Of a DNA stretch of 64,000 nucleotides, positions 45,516 to 54,762 are shown piece by piece. Made by a program: the position numbers and the translations under genes. The notes beneath the pieces are model-generated. The model made no database searches, was not told the DNA's origin, and saw only the letters and a list, made by a program, of their open reading frames with translations. This DNA comes from Defluviicoccus sp. (GTDB lineage Bacteria > Pseudomonadota > Alphaproteobacteria > Rhodospirillales > Defluviicoccaceae): assembly GCA_049291695.1 (NCBI GenBank), contig JBATPX010000217.1:30001-94000 (forward strand). The letters run 5' to 3'. The first letter of the stretch is position 1. Every line of letters begins with the position of its first letter.

Positions 45516-48500
45516 TCAGCGTCCGCTGGCGCTTTCGGCTTCAGTCCTGGCGGGAACCGCAACCCGCAGGAACAGGCTGTACATGACTGGCGCGACCCCC
45601 AGCGTCAGCACGGTGCCGATCAAGAGACCGAAGGCGATGACCACGGCCAAGCTGAAGAACAACGGATCCCTCCAAACGATCAGCGGCAGAAGGCCGGGAA
45701 TGGTGGTCACCGTGGTGATCAGGATCGGCCGGAAGCGGGAGACCGACGCCGCGATGATGGCGGCATAGGGGTCCAGGCCGGCCCGCCGCTGGGTCTCGAT
45801 GTTGTCGATCAGCACGATCCCGTTGTTGGTGATGATGCCGGCGAGGCTGATCAGGCCCAGAAGCGACATGAAGCCGAACGGGGCGCCAACGACGAGCAGA
45901 CCGATGACCGAACCCGCAAATGCCATCGGGATGGTCAACAGGATAATCGCGGCGCGCCGGAACGAGTTGAACTGCCACACCATAATCAGCACGATGAGAA
46001 AACCGGCGATCGGGAAATTGGCGGTCAGGTTGCTCTGTGCAGTGGCCGCACTTTCCAGCTCGCCGCCGAATTCCCAGCGGTAGCCAGCCGGCAGGTCCAA
46101 ACCTTCGATTGCCGGCAACACTTCCTCAGTGAGTTGCCCGGCCTTGAGGTGAAGGTGCTTGGCCTGGACGGTGACGGTGCGTTCCAGATTGCGCCGGTTG
46201 ATCCGATAGGGATCCCAGGTGCTGCGAAGCTCGGCAACCTGCCGTAATGGGACGAAGGTGCCCAGTGAGGCCGAATAGACATCGAGATCGAGAATGGCGG
46301 AAAGCTGATTGCGCTCGGCTTCCGTACCGCGCAAGACGATGGGAATCACGGCGTCGCCTTCCCGGTACTCGGTGACCGTGCCGCCGCTGACGAAGGCGTT
46401 CAGCGCGGCGGCGACATCCGCGGACGTAACGCCGGCCCGGCGCGCCCGCGTCTGGTCAATCTCAACCGCCAGCGTCAGCACCCGGTTCTGCCAGTCCTGC
46501 TCGATTTCGATGGTGCCGGGAACAGCGCGGAATGCCGCCATCAACTGCTCTGCTTTGGCCATCAGTACAGTCTCGTCCTGGCCGCTGATCCGGATCTCCA
46601 CCAGCCCGGCCTCGGTTGGCCCGAACCACATCGCCTTGACCTTGCCGCGCGCCTCGGGGAACTGCGTGTCGATGTAGGCCCGGGTTCGCGCGACCAGAGC
46701 GGGCACGTCAAGGTTGGAGGCCGTTTCCACCAGCACAAAGGCCGCGTGGGGATCGGGGTTGATTGGCGAAAGCGAGAGAAAGAACCGCGGTCCACCGCTG
46801 CCGACGTAGGCGATGGTCTTGGTCACCTCGGGATTGGTGGAGTCGTTCCCGAGCCAGTCGGTAATGGCCTGGACAACGCGGGTCGTCTCATCGACGTGGG
46901 CACCGGCCTGCAGATCGACGTAGACGAGAAACTGGTTGCGATCGTTGGCCGGAAAGAACTCCTTGACGACAAAGCGCCCGGCGAAGACGGTGCCGACCAG
47001 GCAGGCAACGACGACGGCGATACAAAGGGGACGCCGGCGCAGCAGCGATTCAAGGAATTGCCGATAACGCCGATAGAATGCGGAATCGTAGGGATCGACC
47101 TTCCCGCCGCCGCTGGCTTGCGGGCGGGCGGTCATGAACCAGCAGCTCAGCGTCGGGGTCATGTACATCGACATGAACCACGAGCCGAGCAGGACCAGGA
47201 TCACCACTTGGCCCAGTGACAGCGTGTATTCGCCGACGCTGCCGATGGCGAGGGCGATCGGCATGAAGGCGAAGATCGTCGACAGCGTGGAGGTCAAGAG
47301 CGGCAGTCCAAGCTCCTTGCCGGTGGCGATCGCCGCCGCCTTGCGATCCTCGCCGGCCTCGATCCGGTTGCGGATGCCCTCGGCGACGACGATCGCGTTG
47401 TCGACCATCATGCCAAGCGCGATGATCATGGTGGCGATCGACATCCGTTGGAGCTCGACGCCCAACAAGGACATGCCCACCAGACCCAGAAGCATGGTCA
47501 CCGGGATGAAGGCACCGACGATCAAGCCGGTGCGCACGCCGAGGAAAAGGACGACAACGACGGTCACGATGACGAGCGTCTGGCCAAGGTTGCTGATGGC
47601 GCCGTTGACCGCCCGTTCAACCAGGTCTGGCTGGAAGGTCGCAAAGTCGAGGGCCAGGCCAACCGGCAGGGTTTGCTCGATTTCGTGGATTTTCTGCGTC
47701 AGCCGCTGTCCGAACTCGACAGCGTTGGTGCCGTCCAGGATCGAAACACTCAAGACGATCGCCGGATGGCCGTTGAAGAACACCGGTCGGTCGGCCGGAT
47801 CGACGAAATCGCGGCGAACCTCAACGATATCCTTGAGCGGGATGCTCCCCCCGGTGCCCGGTACGGGGATCAACACCGCCGCGATGTCATCCACGCTGGC
47901 GAATGTGCCGGAGGGCTCGATAATCAGGTTCTGGCCGTCGGCGTTGATCACGCCCCCTGGCAACAGGACGTTCTGCGCGCGCAGCGTTTCGAACAACACG
48001 GCGGGCGGAATGCCGAGACGCGCCAGCCGGGCGCTCGACACTTCCAGAAAGACCCGCTCGGCCTGAATGCCGAAGACGTTGATCTGCTGCACGCCTCCGA
48101 GACCGTCCAACTGCTGGCGGACGTTGCGAGCGACCCTGCGCATTTCCTCGAGCGTGAAGCCGTCGCTCCAAAGTGCTACAGTGGCAACCGCCGTCAGTCC
48201 GAATTCGTCGTTGACGAATGGCCCCAAGGTGCCTGTCGGAAGAATCCGCGCGACGTCGCCCATCCGGTTGCGCAGGTCCTGCCAGATCCGAGAAAAATCC
48301 TCTGCATTCACTTCGTCGGCCAGCTCGACATGAATGGTGGCCGCACCGCTGCGGCTGTACGACCAGATATCGTCGACTTCGCCGATCTCACGGATCTTTT
48401 CTTCGACTGTGCGAGTGATGAGGTCTTCGACCTCATAGACATCCATGCCGGGATTGAAGACAGTGACGATCGCTTCCCTGATCTCGATCGAGGGGTCCTC

Positions 48501-48611
48501 TTGACGCGGGTAATCCAAGAAGATCAGCAGCCCGATCAGCGGGATGCCAATCAGGAACAGAATCGTGATCCTGTTCGTTTCGATCGCAAACTCGGTGATC
48601 TTGCCCAGCAT
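45516..48611 (-). CDS. RND efflux transporter permease (AcrB/HAE family)
   Basis: 1031 aa, 12-TM RND architecture with two large periplasmic loops. Typical blocks (VDNAIVVAE, ITNNGIVLID). Confidence 0.93.
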   Translation of the reverse strand: MLGKITEFAIETNRITILFLIGIPLIGLLIFLDYPRQEDPSIEIREAIVTVFNPGMDVYEVEDLITRTVEEKIREIGEVDDIWSYSRSGAATIHVELADEVNAEDFSRIWQDLRNRMGDVARILPTGTLGPFVNDEFGLTAVATVALWSDGFTLEEMRRVARNVRQQLDGLGGVQQINVFGIQAERVFLEVSSARLARLGIPPAVLFETLRAQNVLLPGGVINADGQNLIIEPSGTFASVDDIAAVLIPVPGTGGSIPLKDIVEVRRDFVDPADRPVFFNGHPAIVLSVSILDGTNAVEFGQRLTQKIHEIEQTLPVGLALDFATFQPDLVERAVNGAISNLGQTLVIVTVVVVLFLGVRTGLIVGAFIPVTMLLGLVGMSLLGVELQRMSIATMIIALGMMVDNAIVVAEGIRNRIEAGEDRKAAAIATGKELGLPLLTSTLSTIFAFMPIALAIGSVGEYTLSLGQVVILVLLGSWFMSMYMTPTLSCWFMTARPQASGGGKVDPYDSAFYRRYRQFLESLLRRRPLCIAVVVACLVGTVFAGRFVVKEFFPANDRNQFLVYVDLQAGAHVDETTRVVQAITDWLGNDSTNPEVTKTIAYVGSGGPRFFLSLSPINPDPHAAFVLVETASNLDVPALVARTRAYIDTQFPEARGKVKAMWFGPTEAGLVEIRISGQDETVLMAKAEQLMAAFRAVPGTIEIEQDWQNRVLTLAVEIDQTRARRAGVTSADVAAALNAFVSGGTVTEYREGDAVIPIVLRGTEAERNQLSAILDLDVYSASLGTFVPLRQVAELRSTWDPYRINRRNLERTVTVQAKHLHLKAGQLTEEVLPAIEGLDLPAGYRWEFGGELESAATAQSNLTANFPIAGFLIVLIMVWQFNSFRRAAIILLTIPMAFAGSVIGLLVVGAPFGFMSLLGLISLAGIITNNGIVLIDNIETQRRAGLDPYAAIIAASVSRFRPILITTVTTIPGLLPLIVWRDPLFFSLAVVIAFGLLIGTVLTLGVAPVMYSLFLRVAVPARTEAESASGR

Positions 48612-48647
48612 GTTGCCTCGCGATCGGGTTTATGGAGGTGCGCCGTC

Positions 48648-49745
48648 TCAGCTTCCGCGGTCAGGCGCCAGGAGGGCTACCCTCTGGCCGTCCGCCAGAA
48701 AGCTGATCCCGGCCGAAGCCAGCCTTTCCCCGATCATGATACCGGTGACGGCAACCACGTTGCCGCGCGTAGCCTGTGCCGTTTTCACTGCCCTCCGGTT
48801 CACCGTTGACGTCTTCGGATCGTAGACGAAGACGAACCCCTCCCCCGGCTGCTCGCTCGGTGCGACGGCCGACAAGGGGACGAAGAACCCGACGTCGGTC
48901 GCGCCGTGCGCGAGCGTCAACGATGCCTCGGCCGTCATCCCTGGACGCAGCAAGGGCGGCGGATCGGTCAGCGCCGCGCGCACCGGAAAAACGGTCCCGG
49001 CGCCGGCGGCGCTGCCAATCTCGGTAATCAGCGCCGCCAGCGGCTCTGCCATCTGAGGGGTCTGGACTTGCACCGGCATGCCAAGCGTAATTTCGCCGAT
49101 GACCGTTTCCGGAACGCCGAATTCTGCCTCCAGGCCACCTTCGGCATCGATCTGAAAAACCATCTGCCCGGCCCGCACTTCGACGAAAGGATCGACAGCG
49201 CGGATCGCGATCGAGCCTGCGAACGGCGCTGCAAGCGTCGTGTTGGCGAGGTCCCGTCTCGCCAGATCAAGTCGGGCGACGGTGTAATCGATCCGGCTCG
49301 ATGCCGCCCGATAGTCCCGCTCGGCATTGTCGAAGCGGACCCTCGCAACCCAGCCCTGACGATACAGCGTCCGCTGACGCTCGAACTCCGCCCGCATGTT
49401 GGCGAGATAGGCGCGGGCTCGCGCCAGGTCCGCCTCCGCCGCCCGGACGTCCAAACGGTACGGCGCCTGATCGAGAATGGCGAGCACGTCGCCCGTCGCG
49501 ACGCGGTCGCCTTGGCTGACCCGCACCTCGCGAACATTGCCGCCGACCTGGAAGCTGAGCTGCGCGGTGTCGCTCGGCTGAATTACCGCGGAGAAGCGCC
49601 GGACCTGGCCGCTCGCGACTTCGGTGACGGTAAAAGTCCGGATGGGCCGGACCTGTTCCGGGATGTCCGGCGGTTCCGCCTCACAGCCGGACAGGGCGCC
49701 GGCGATGGCAACACCAAGGAGGATAGACTTGACGGCCGGCCACAT
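48648..49745 (-). CDS. RND efflux periplasmic adaptor (MFP) lipoprotein
   Basis: Lipobox LSGC after MWPAVKSILLGVAIAGA. HlyD_D23-like barrel-sandwich and coiled-coil hairpin. Confidence 0.88.
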   Translation of the reverse strand: MWPAVKSILLGVAIAGALSGCEAEPPDIPEQVRPIRTFTVTEVASGQVRRFSAVIQPSDTAQLSFQVGGNVREVRVSQGDRVATGDVLAILDQAPYRLDVRAAEADLARARAYLANMRAEFERQRTLYRQGWVARVRFDNAERDYRAASSRIDYTVARLDLARRDLANTTLAAPFAGSIAIRAVDPFVEVRAGQMVFQIDAEGGLEAEFGVPETVIGEITLGMPVQVQTPQMAEPLAALITEIGSAAGAGTVFPVRAALTDPPPLLRPGMTAEASLTLAHGATDVGFFVPLSAVAPSEQPGEGFVFVYDPKTSTVNRRAVKTAQATRGNVVAVTGIMIGERLASAGISFLADGQRVALLAPDRGS

Positions 49746-49808
49746 CGGCACTTCTCCTTTCCTCGTCCCGGACACCATGCGGTGCCGCGAAGTGCACGCC
49801 AGCGGCTT

Positions 49809-51008
49809 CTACAGCGCGGCGAACACCGCGATCCAGACAAAGTTGACGATATCGATGAAAAAGCCGCATGCCAGCGGCACGATGACGAACGCACGTGGGG
49901 CGCGACCGTATTGCTTGGCGACGGCGGTCATGATCGCCATCGTCGTTCCCGTCGATCCAAGGGACATGCCGGCGAACCCGCTCGCCATCACCGCCGCGTC
50001 GTAGTCTCGGCCCATCACCCGGTACACGCAGAAACAGGCGTAGAGCGTCGCTAACAGCGCTTGGACCGCGATGGTAACGACGAGGAAGCCGAGCATGCCT
50101 TGCGTCGTCCACAACTGCATACTCATCAAGGTCATGGTGTAGAACAGGCCGAGACAGACGTCGGCAACCATCGAAAGCCATTGATCACTGCCGTGCCAGT
50201 CGACCTTCGGCGCCATCCGCGGCATCACATTGCCGAGCACGAGGCCGGCGAGAAGGCACGTGACGTACAGCGGCAACTCGATGCCGAGCGCGGCAAGCCC
50301 CCAGATCAGGAGTTGGCCGATGATGATCGTGATGTGGATGCGCAGCAGTGCCAGCATGAAGGCGCGGTAATCCAGCTGCGGCGACGCCACGTCGCGGGAA
50401 ATCCCGACGTCCAGGTCGGCACTCTGGCCCGGGCTTGCCAAGCGGTGGTGACGGATGAGAAATCGGGCGATTGGGCCGCCAATGCAGCACGCGGCGATCA
50501 GTCCCGCCATGGTGGCGCCGAGGCCGAAGCGCGATACATGCTCCAGTCCGAACCGTTCTTCAAACAGGGGCGCCCAGGCGATCGTGGTGCCTGCGCGGCC
50601 CATCAGCGCCATCGAGCCCGCGACGATGCCGAGTTTCGGGTGATGGTCGAAGGCGATGGCGATGGCCATGCCGACGCCGTTCTGCACCACGATGAAGACC
50701 GTAGCGAGAAGGACGAGCAGAAATAAAGGCCGTCTGCTGGAAAAGATCTCGCTGATAATAGATCGCAGACCAAGTGCCGAAAAAAAATAAGCGAGAAACA
50801 AATCTCGCCTTGTAATATCGAACGTAATTTCCAGGTCAAAAGAGTAGTATATGAGCGTGATGATGATGGCGGTGGCGAAACCGCCGACGACCGATTCCGG
50901 AATGCTGAATTCCCGAAACGGTCTGACCCGGCTCACGATCGCGCTGCCGATGAAGAAGACGCACATCGCAATCGTCATGGTGACGAACGTATCGGCCTGC
51001 ACGGTCAT
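49809..51008 (-). CDS. gltS: Sodium/glutamate symporter
   Basis: MTVQADTFVTMTIAMCVFFIGSAIVSRV..FSIPESVVGG..GltS-type 10-12 TM layout. ATG 51008 chosen. Confidence 0.85.
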   Translation of the reverse strand: MTVQADTFVTMTIAMCVFFIGSAIVSRVRPFREFSIPESVVGGFATAIIITLIYYSFDLEITFDITRRDLFLAYFFSALGLRSIISEIFSSRRPLFLLVLLATVFIVVQNGVGMAIAIAFDHHPKLGIVAGSMALMGRAGTTIAWAPLFEERFGLEHVSRFGLGATMAGLIAACCIGGPIARFLIRHHRLASPGQSADLDVGISRDVASPQLDYRAFMLALLRIHITIIIGQLLIWGLAALGIELPLYVTCLLAGLVLGNVMPRMAPKVDWHGSDQWLSMVADVCLGLFYTMTLMSMQLWTTQGMLGFLVVTIAVQALLATLYACFCVYRVMGRDYDAAVMASGFAGMSLGSTGTTMAIMTAVAKQYGRAPRAFVIVPLACGFFIDIVNFVWIAVFAAL

Positions 51009-51153
51009 CGCGGGAGGATGTGGCGTCACCAGCCAGCCGATGGTTTGCGGCAAAGCGCGCTCGTTCCGGTCGCCCCACCCGCGCGCGGGTGGGGCTGCGG
51101 CACGTCACACTGCCTCGCTCGAGTGGTTCGCTGCCAATCGCAGATCTTCATCC

Positions 51154-51173
51154 GATGGTTAAATTAAACCATC
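51154..51173. promoter_or_regulatory. 20-bp palindrome in AT-rich spacer upstream of gltS
   Basis: GATGGTT-aaatta-AACCATC, about 146 nt upstream of the gltS start. Candidate operator; no regulator gene nearby. Confidence 0.2.
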
Positions 51174-51236
51174 AAATCAACAAGTTAGTGGATCGACCGC
51201 GCTGATGATTGGGATACAAGCCTCAGATCCGATCCG

Positions 51237-51638
51237 CTAGCGACCCTGCTGCCGGCGCCATTCGTCGAACTGGCGCTGTTCTTCGATCTGGCGGCGGGTT
51301 TCCTCCTGCTGCAAGGTGCGTTGACGCTCGAACTCGAGCTGCCTGCGCATGTTGGCATCGGCGGTCGCCTGGGCGTCGCTCTGCCGGCGCTGCTCCGCCT
51401 GGCGGTCCAGCGTCATGTTGCCGGCAAGCCCGCCTGCAGCGGCGCCGAGCAGCATGCCCGACGTGCTTGAACCGAACAGGGCCCGGCTGGCGCCGGCACC
51501 GGCGGCGGCACCCCCAACCGTACCGATGCCCGGCGAGGCAGTTCCATCGCCGGCGCAGCCGGCCAGCACCAAGGCGAACAGCCCCGCGATTGCCGTCAGG
51601 GCTAAGCGATTGGGGGCAGTGGCGCTCTGATTAGACAT
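51237..51638 (-). CDS. Lipoprotein with glycine-zipper segment and charged coiled-coil tail
   Basis: Lipobox LAGC (MSNQSATAPNRLALTAIAGLFALVLAGC). G/A-rich zipper GGAAAGAGA..LLGAAAGGLAG. Q/R/E-rich C-terminus. Confidence 0.5.
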   Translation of the reverse strand: MSNQSATAPNRLALTAIAGLFALVLAGCAGDGTASPGIGTVGGAAAGAGASRALFGSSTSGMLLGAAAGGLAGNMTLDRQAEQRRQSDAQATADANMRRQLEFERQRTLQQEETRRQIEEQRQFDEWRRQQGR

Positions 51639-51642
51639 CGTC

Positions 51643-52149
51643 TCACTCGCCCACTTCGGCCGCGACTGCATCACGCATCTCCTTGAACGAGAGGTATCCG
51701 TCCTTGTCCTTATCGGCCTCGTTGAAGGCCCGCGACTTGTGCGCCATGACCTCTTTAAACGAAAGTCTGCCGTCGCCGTTTTTATCCACCCGCGCGAACC
51801 GTGCCGGGTCGTGGGCCTCTAGCTCGCCGGATGTCAGCGTCCCGCTGCGGTCCGCGTCCAGGCCGCTGAACCCGGCCGCCGCATCGCGGGCCAGTTCGGC
51901 CTCGCTGATCTTGTCATCGCCATCCGTATCGGCGGCGTCGAAGGCGAAATCCTCCGCAGCCGCGCCGTAGGCTTCGATGGCTGAACGCGGCTGCTGCGCG
52001 AGGCCGGGACCGACCCCTGCAACCGCGATCAGCGCGGCACCGAACGCCGATGCGAGAATGACTCGCCCCACCCGGGCCCGGATCGATCTCCTGGGGCTCC
52101 GCTGCTCCACGCAGAGGCGCCAACGCTCGTCTGCGTCAAATTCCGTCAT
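51643..52149 (-). CDS. Secreted EF-hand calcium-binding protein
   Basis: Four EF-hand loops (DTDGDDKISEAE, DADRSGTLTSGE, DKNGDGRLSFKE, DKDKDGYLSFKE) after a hydrophobic signal-like segment. Confidence 0.65.
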   Translation of the reverse strand: MTEFDADERWRLCVEQRSPRRSIRARVGRVILASAFGAALIAVAGVGPGLAQQPRSAIEAYGAAAEDFAFDAADTDGDDKISEAELARDAAAGFSGLDADRSGTLTSGELEAHDPARFARVDKNGDGRLSFKEVMAHKSRAFNEADKDKDGYLSFKEMRDAVAAEVGE

Positions 52150-52240
52150 GATCGCCCATCCCTATCCTTGTGCCGAGGTGCGGGTCCGCTTGAGGAAGCA
52201 CGACCGAGGCTAGCACGCGCCTAAAGCGAAGAGAAGCGCG

Positions 52241-53266
52241 TTATTGCCGGGCTTCGCGTGCAATTTCGGGTGGCGGACCCCAGCGAAGAACGGCCGTCGC
52301 CGGCCCGTCCATTTCGAGCCCCTGGGCGATGGCTGAGCCGCTGGAGGCGTCGGCAACGAAGGCAAGTCGGGTCCTGCGGTTGAGCACCGGCGGCCGAAGC
52401 CACTCGAAGGCGCCGTCCAGCGCGTCCGCGACGGAGCGCAGGCTTGCGACACGCTCGGCATTGTCATGCCCGCGCGCACGACCGGGCCCGGCCGTTGCCT
52501 GCCAAGCGTTGGCAGCGCAGGCATCTCCCTCGATCACGTGCGCGCATTCCGGCTGCCGCTCGATCACGCAAGCCTCATCGGCGGCGAGCCCGGCAAGGAT
52601 ATAGATCGCCGGCAGCGCGATCGGGGTCTCCACGAGCAGCGCTTTGGCCTCGGCAAAGGTGCGCGCGCGCTCGAAGACCTGTCGCAACAGATGCGCTGCC
52701 GTCAGATGCGGCCGGTCCCAGACGTGCAGGCGGGTAACCAGCCAATCAAGCGGATAGAAGCCGACCGGCTTTTGCATCGGCGCCTGATTGAGGGCAGCAG
52801 CGAACCGCCGTGGCGCCACCGCCTGGAGCACGCCGGTGTACCCCGGCCACGTCATCGTCAACCACGGCCCGGCCGCGCCATCGACGACCGCGGCGATGAC
52901 ATGCCGGCCGAGCCCGCGGTCCGGCCAGTCAAGCACACGTGTCAGCTGCGCCGAGCGGCCGTCGGGCGACGGTCCTGCCCGCGAGGTGCAGCCCCATTCG
53001 TAGCTGACGTTGAGAAAGTACGCGCCCGGCCGGCCGATCCGCGCCGCGATGCGATCGACCTCCGCAAGATAGGGTTCGTGCCAGCGTTCCAGCCAGCGCC
53101 GCGAGAGCGCATCGGCGGCCCGGATCGCAAACCCGGGAAAGCGCCTGCTGCCTTCGTCCAGCAGCGCATTTGCCCGCTCGAATGCGTGAACAAGCGTCTC
53201 GAACGGCCAGTCCGCGCCAACCTGGAGCAGCGGGATCTCAGGCAAGGGCTGATGTCGGCCCGTCAT
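52241..53266 (-). CDS. Ntn-hydrolase-like protein (acid ceramidase/NAAA / choloylglycine hydrolase-like)
   Basis: YEWGCTS (candidate nucleophile Cys), RVLDWP..GLG, TWPGYTGVLQAVAPRRFAAALNQA resemble linear-amide C-N hydrolases. ATG 53266 lies 6 nt after SD AAGAGG. Confidence 0.5.
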   Translation of the reverse strand: MTGRHQPLPEIPLLQVGADWPFETLVHAFERANALLDEGSRRFPGFAIRAADALSRRWLERWHEPYLAEVDRIAARIGRPGAYFLNVSYEWGCTSRAGPSPDGRSAQLTRVLDWPDRGLGRHVIAAVVDGAAGPWLTMTWPGYTGVLQAVAPRRFAAALNQAPMQKPVGFYPLDWLVTRLHVWDRPHLTAAHLLRQVFERARTFAEAKALLVETPIALPAIYILAGLAADEACVIERQPECAHVIEGDACAANAWQATAGPGRARGHDNAERVASLRSVADALDGAFEWLRPPVLNRRTRLAFVADASSGSAIAQGLEMDGPATAVLRWGPPPEIAREARQ

Positions 53267-53272
53267 CACCTA

Positions 53273-53310
53273 CCTCTTATTCGGCAGCCGGCCTCTTATT
53301 CGGCAGCCGG
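53273..53310. repeat. Perfect 19-bp tandem duplication (CCTCTTATTCGGCAGCCGG x2)
   Basis: Copies at 53273-53291 and 53292-53310. On the minus strand each copy reads CCGGCTGCCGAATAAGAGG, which carries a TAA and an AAGAGG SD. Confidence 0.95.
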
Positions 53311-53430
53311 GCCTCCGGAGGCGGCAACGAGCTGCGAATAGCGCTCGAGCAGACCTTCGATCTCCAGCCGCTGCGCCCGGATGTAATCGACATGGAGGCG
53401 GCCCAAGCGGCGGAACGGTGTGCCGCTCAT
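53296..53430 (-). CDS. Possible unannotated 44-aa ORF, translationally coupled (ATGA) to the upstream lipoprotein gene
   Basis: MSGTPFRRLGRLHVDYIRAQRLEIEGLLERYSQLVAASGGPAAE. Below the 60-aa cut-off of the ORF track. Its ATG overlaps the stop of 53427-53753, and its stop lies in the distal repeat copy. Confidence 0.3.
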   Translation of the reverse strand: MSGTPFRRLGRLHVDYIRAQRLEIEGLLERYSQLVAASGGPAAE

Positions 53431-53753
53431 TGGTCGGCCTCCGGCGCCTGCTCAGCCGTCGGATGATCGGCGGGCGCCTCGTTTTCCGCGTCTGCCTCTG
53501 CCGGCACGGCGGGGACCGATCCGCCTGCCGGCCTGGTGCCCGGAAACCGCCGTTCGCACGCGCTCACCGAGCGAAATCGGACGCACTCCTGCCATTGTCG
53601 GTCGAGGCGCTCGCGGTGGGCCGGCGTCAGCGGGACCGTCACACGCATGTTCCTCTCGCCGGTGCTGGGCTCGATCGTCTTTTCGCATCCCGCGGCAAGG
53701 CCGACCGTGACCAACGCACCGACAGTCATCCCGAGCCGCATCCGTAAGCGCAT
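53427..53753 (-). CDS. Small lipoprotein
   Basis: MRLRMRLGMTVGALVTVGLAAGC lipobox. Acidic Ala/Glu-rich C-terminus. Start uncertain (several in-frame Met codons). Confidence 0.45.
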   Translation of the reverse strand: MRLRMRLGMTVGALVTVGLAAGCEKTIEPSTGERNMRVTVPLTPAHRERLDRQWQECVRFRSVSACERRFPGTRPAGGSVPAVPAEADAENEAPADHPTAEQAPEADQ

Positions 53754-54057
53754 CCCGCAATCCGTTCGTGTCATCAAGCCGCCGCTCGCTCCAAAAAACC
53801 GGAAGAGTCCACAGCGCTGACGGAGAGCGCCGCGCCCACCCATTTCTGCCGCACGCCTCGAGCGGCAGGTTGCCACGATTGACCGCTAAACGACCGATTA
53901 TTCTTGTTGCAGAGCTATCAAAGGCACGCCGTTTCCCGGCAGCAAGAACATTGTGTATCCGAGCCTGCGGAGGTGTTCAAGCTGACTTCGCCCGCCGCCG
54001 CCTGTCCGGTTTGGTTGCGGGGGCATGCGGCGGGCAAGTGCCGGCCGTGGCTGCGGA

Positions 54058-54762
54058 TCAGACGGCGAGATACATCCGGCTGATCGCGCGATCGCCGGCA
54101 AGATCTGCCATTGTTCCCTCGAAGCGGATTCGGCCCTTCTCGATAATGGAGACGCGGTCACTGATTGCGCGCGCAAGGCGCAGGTTCTGCTCCGACAGCA
54201 AAATGCTAAGGCCCTGCTGCTTCAAGGTGAGGATGGCCTGTCCCAGCTGCTCGACGATCAAGGGCGCCAGGCCTTCCGACGGCTCGTCCAACATCAGCGT
54301 TGCCGGGTTGCCCATCAGCGTGCGCGCGATCGTCAACATCTGTTGCTCACCGCCGGAAATCTCGCCTGCCGTTCGTGCGCTGATCTGGCCGAGATTGGGG
54401 AACAGCCGGAACAGGCTTTTTTCAGTCCACGAAGGCGCGCCGGGCCGCGGCGGCTGCCGGCCGACGAGGAGGTTCTCGGCAACGGTGAGCTCGGTAAAGA
54501 TGCGGCGGTCCTCCGGCACGTAGCCGAGACCGGCGCGGGCGATTTGCGGCGTCGGCGCATGCGTGATGTCGCGGCCGTCGAAAACGATCCGCCCAGAGCG
54601 CCGTTCCACCAGGCCGACAATGCTTTTCAGCGTCGTCGATTTACCGGCGCCGTTGCGCCCCAAGAGCGCCACGACCTCGCCGCGCTCCACCTTGAGGCTG
54701 ATGTCGAACAGGATCTGGGCGCGGCCGTAGAAGGCGCTGAGCTTGTGGACTTCCAGCCTCAT
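54058..54762 (-). CDS. livF: Branched-chain amino acid-type ABC transporter ATP-binding protein (LivF-like)
   Basis: GRNGAGKSTTLKSIVGL, ISGGEQQMLTIARTLM, LMLDEPSEGLAP. Confidence 0.9.
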   Translation of the reverse strand: MRLEVHKLSAFYGRAQILFDISLKVERGEVVALLGRNGAGKSTTLKSIVGLVERRSGRIVFDGRDITHAPTPQIARAGLGYVPEDRRIFTELTVAENLLVGRQPPRPGAPSWTEKSLFRLFPNLGQISARTAGEISGGEQQMLTIARTLMGNPATLMLDEPSEGLAPLIVEQLGQAILTLKQQGLSILLSEQNLRLARAISDRVSIIEKGRIRFEGTMADLAGDRAISRMYLAV

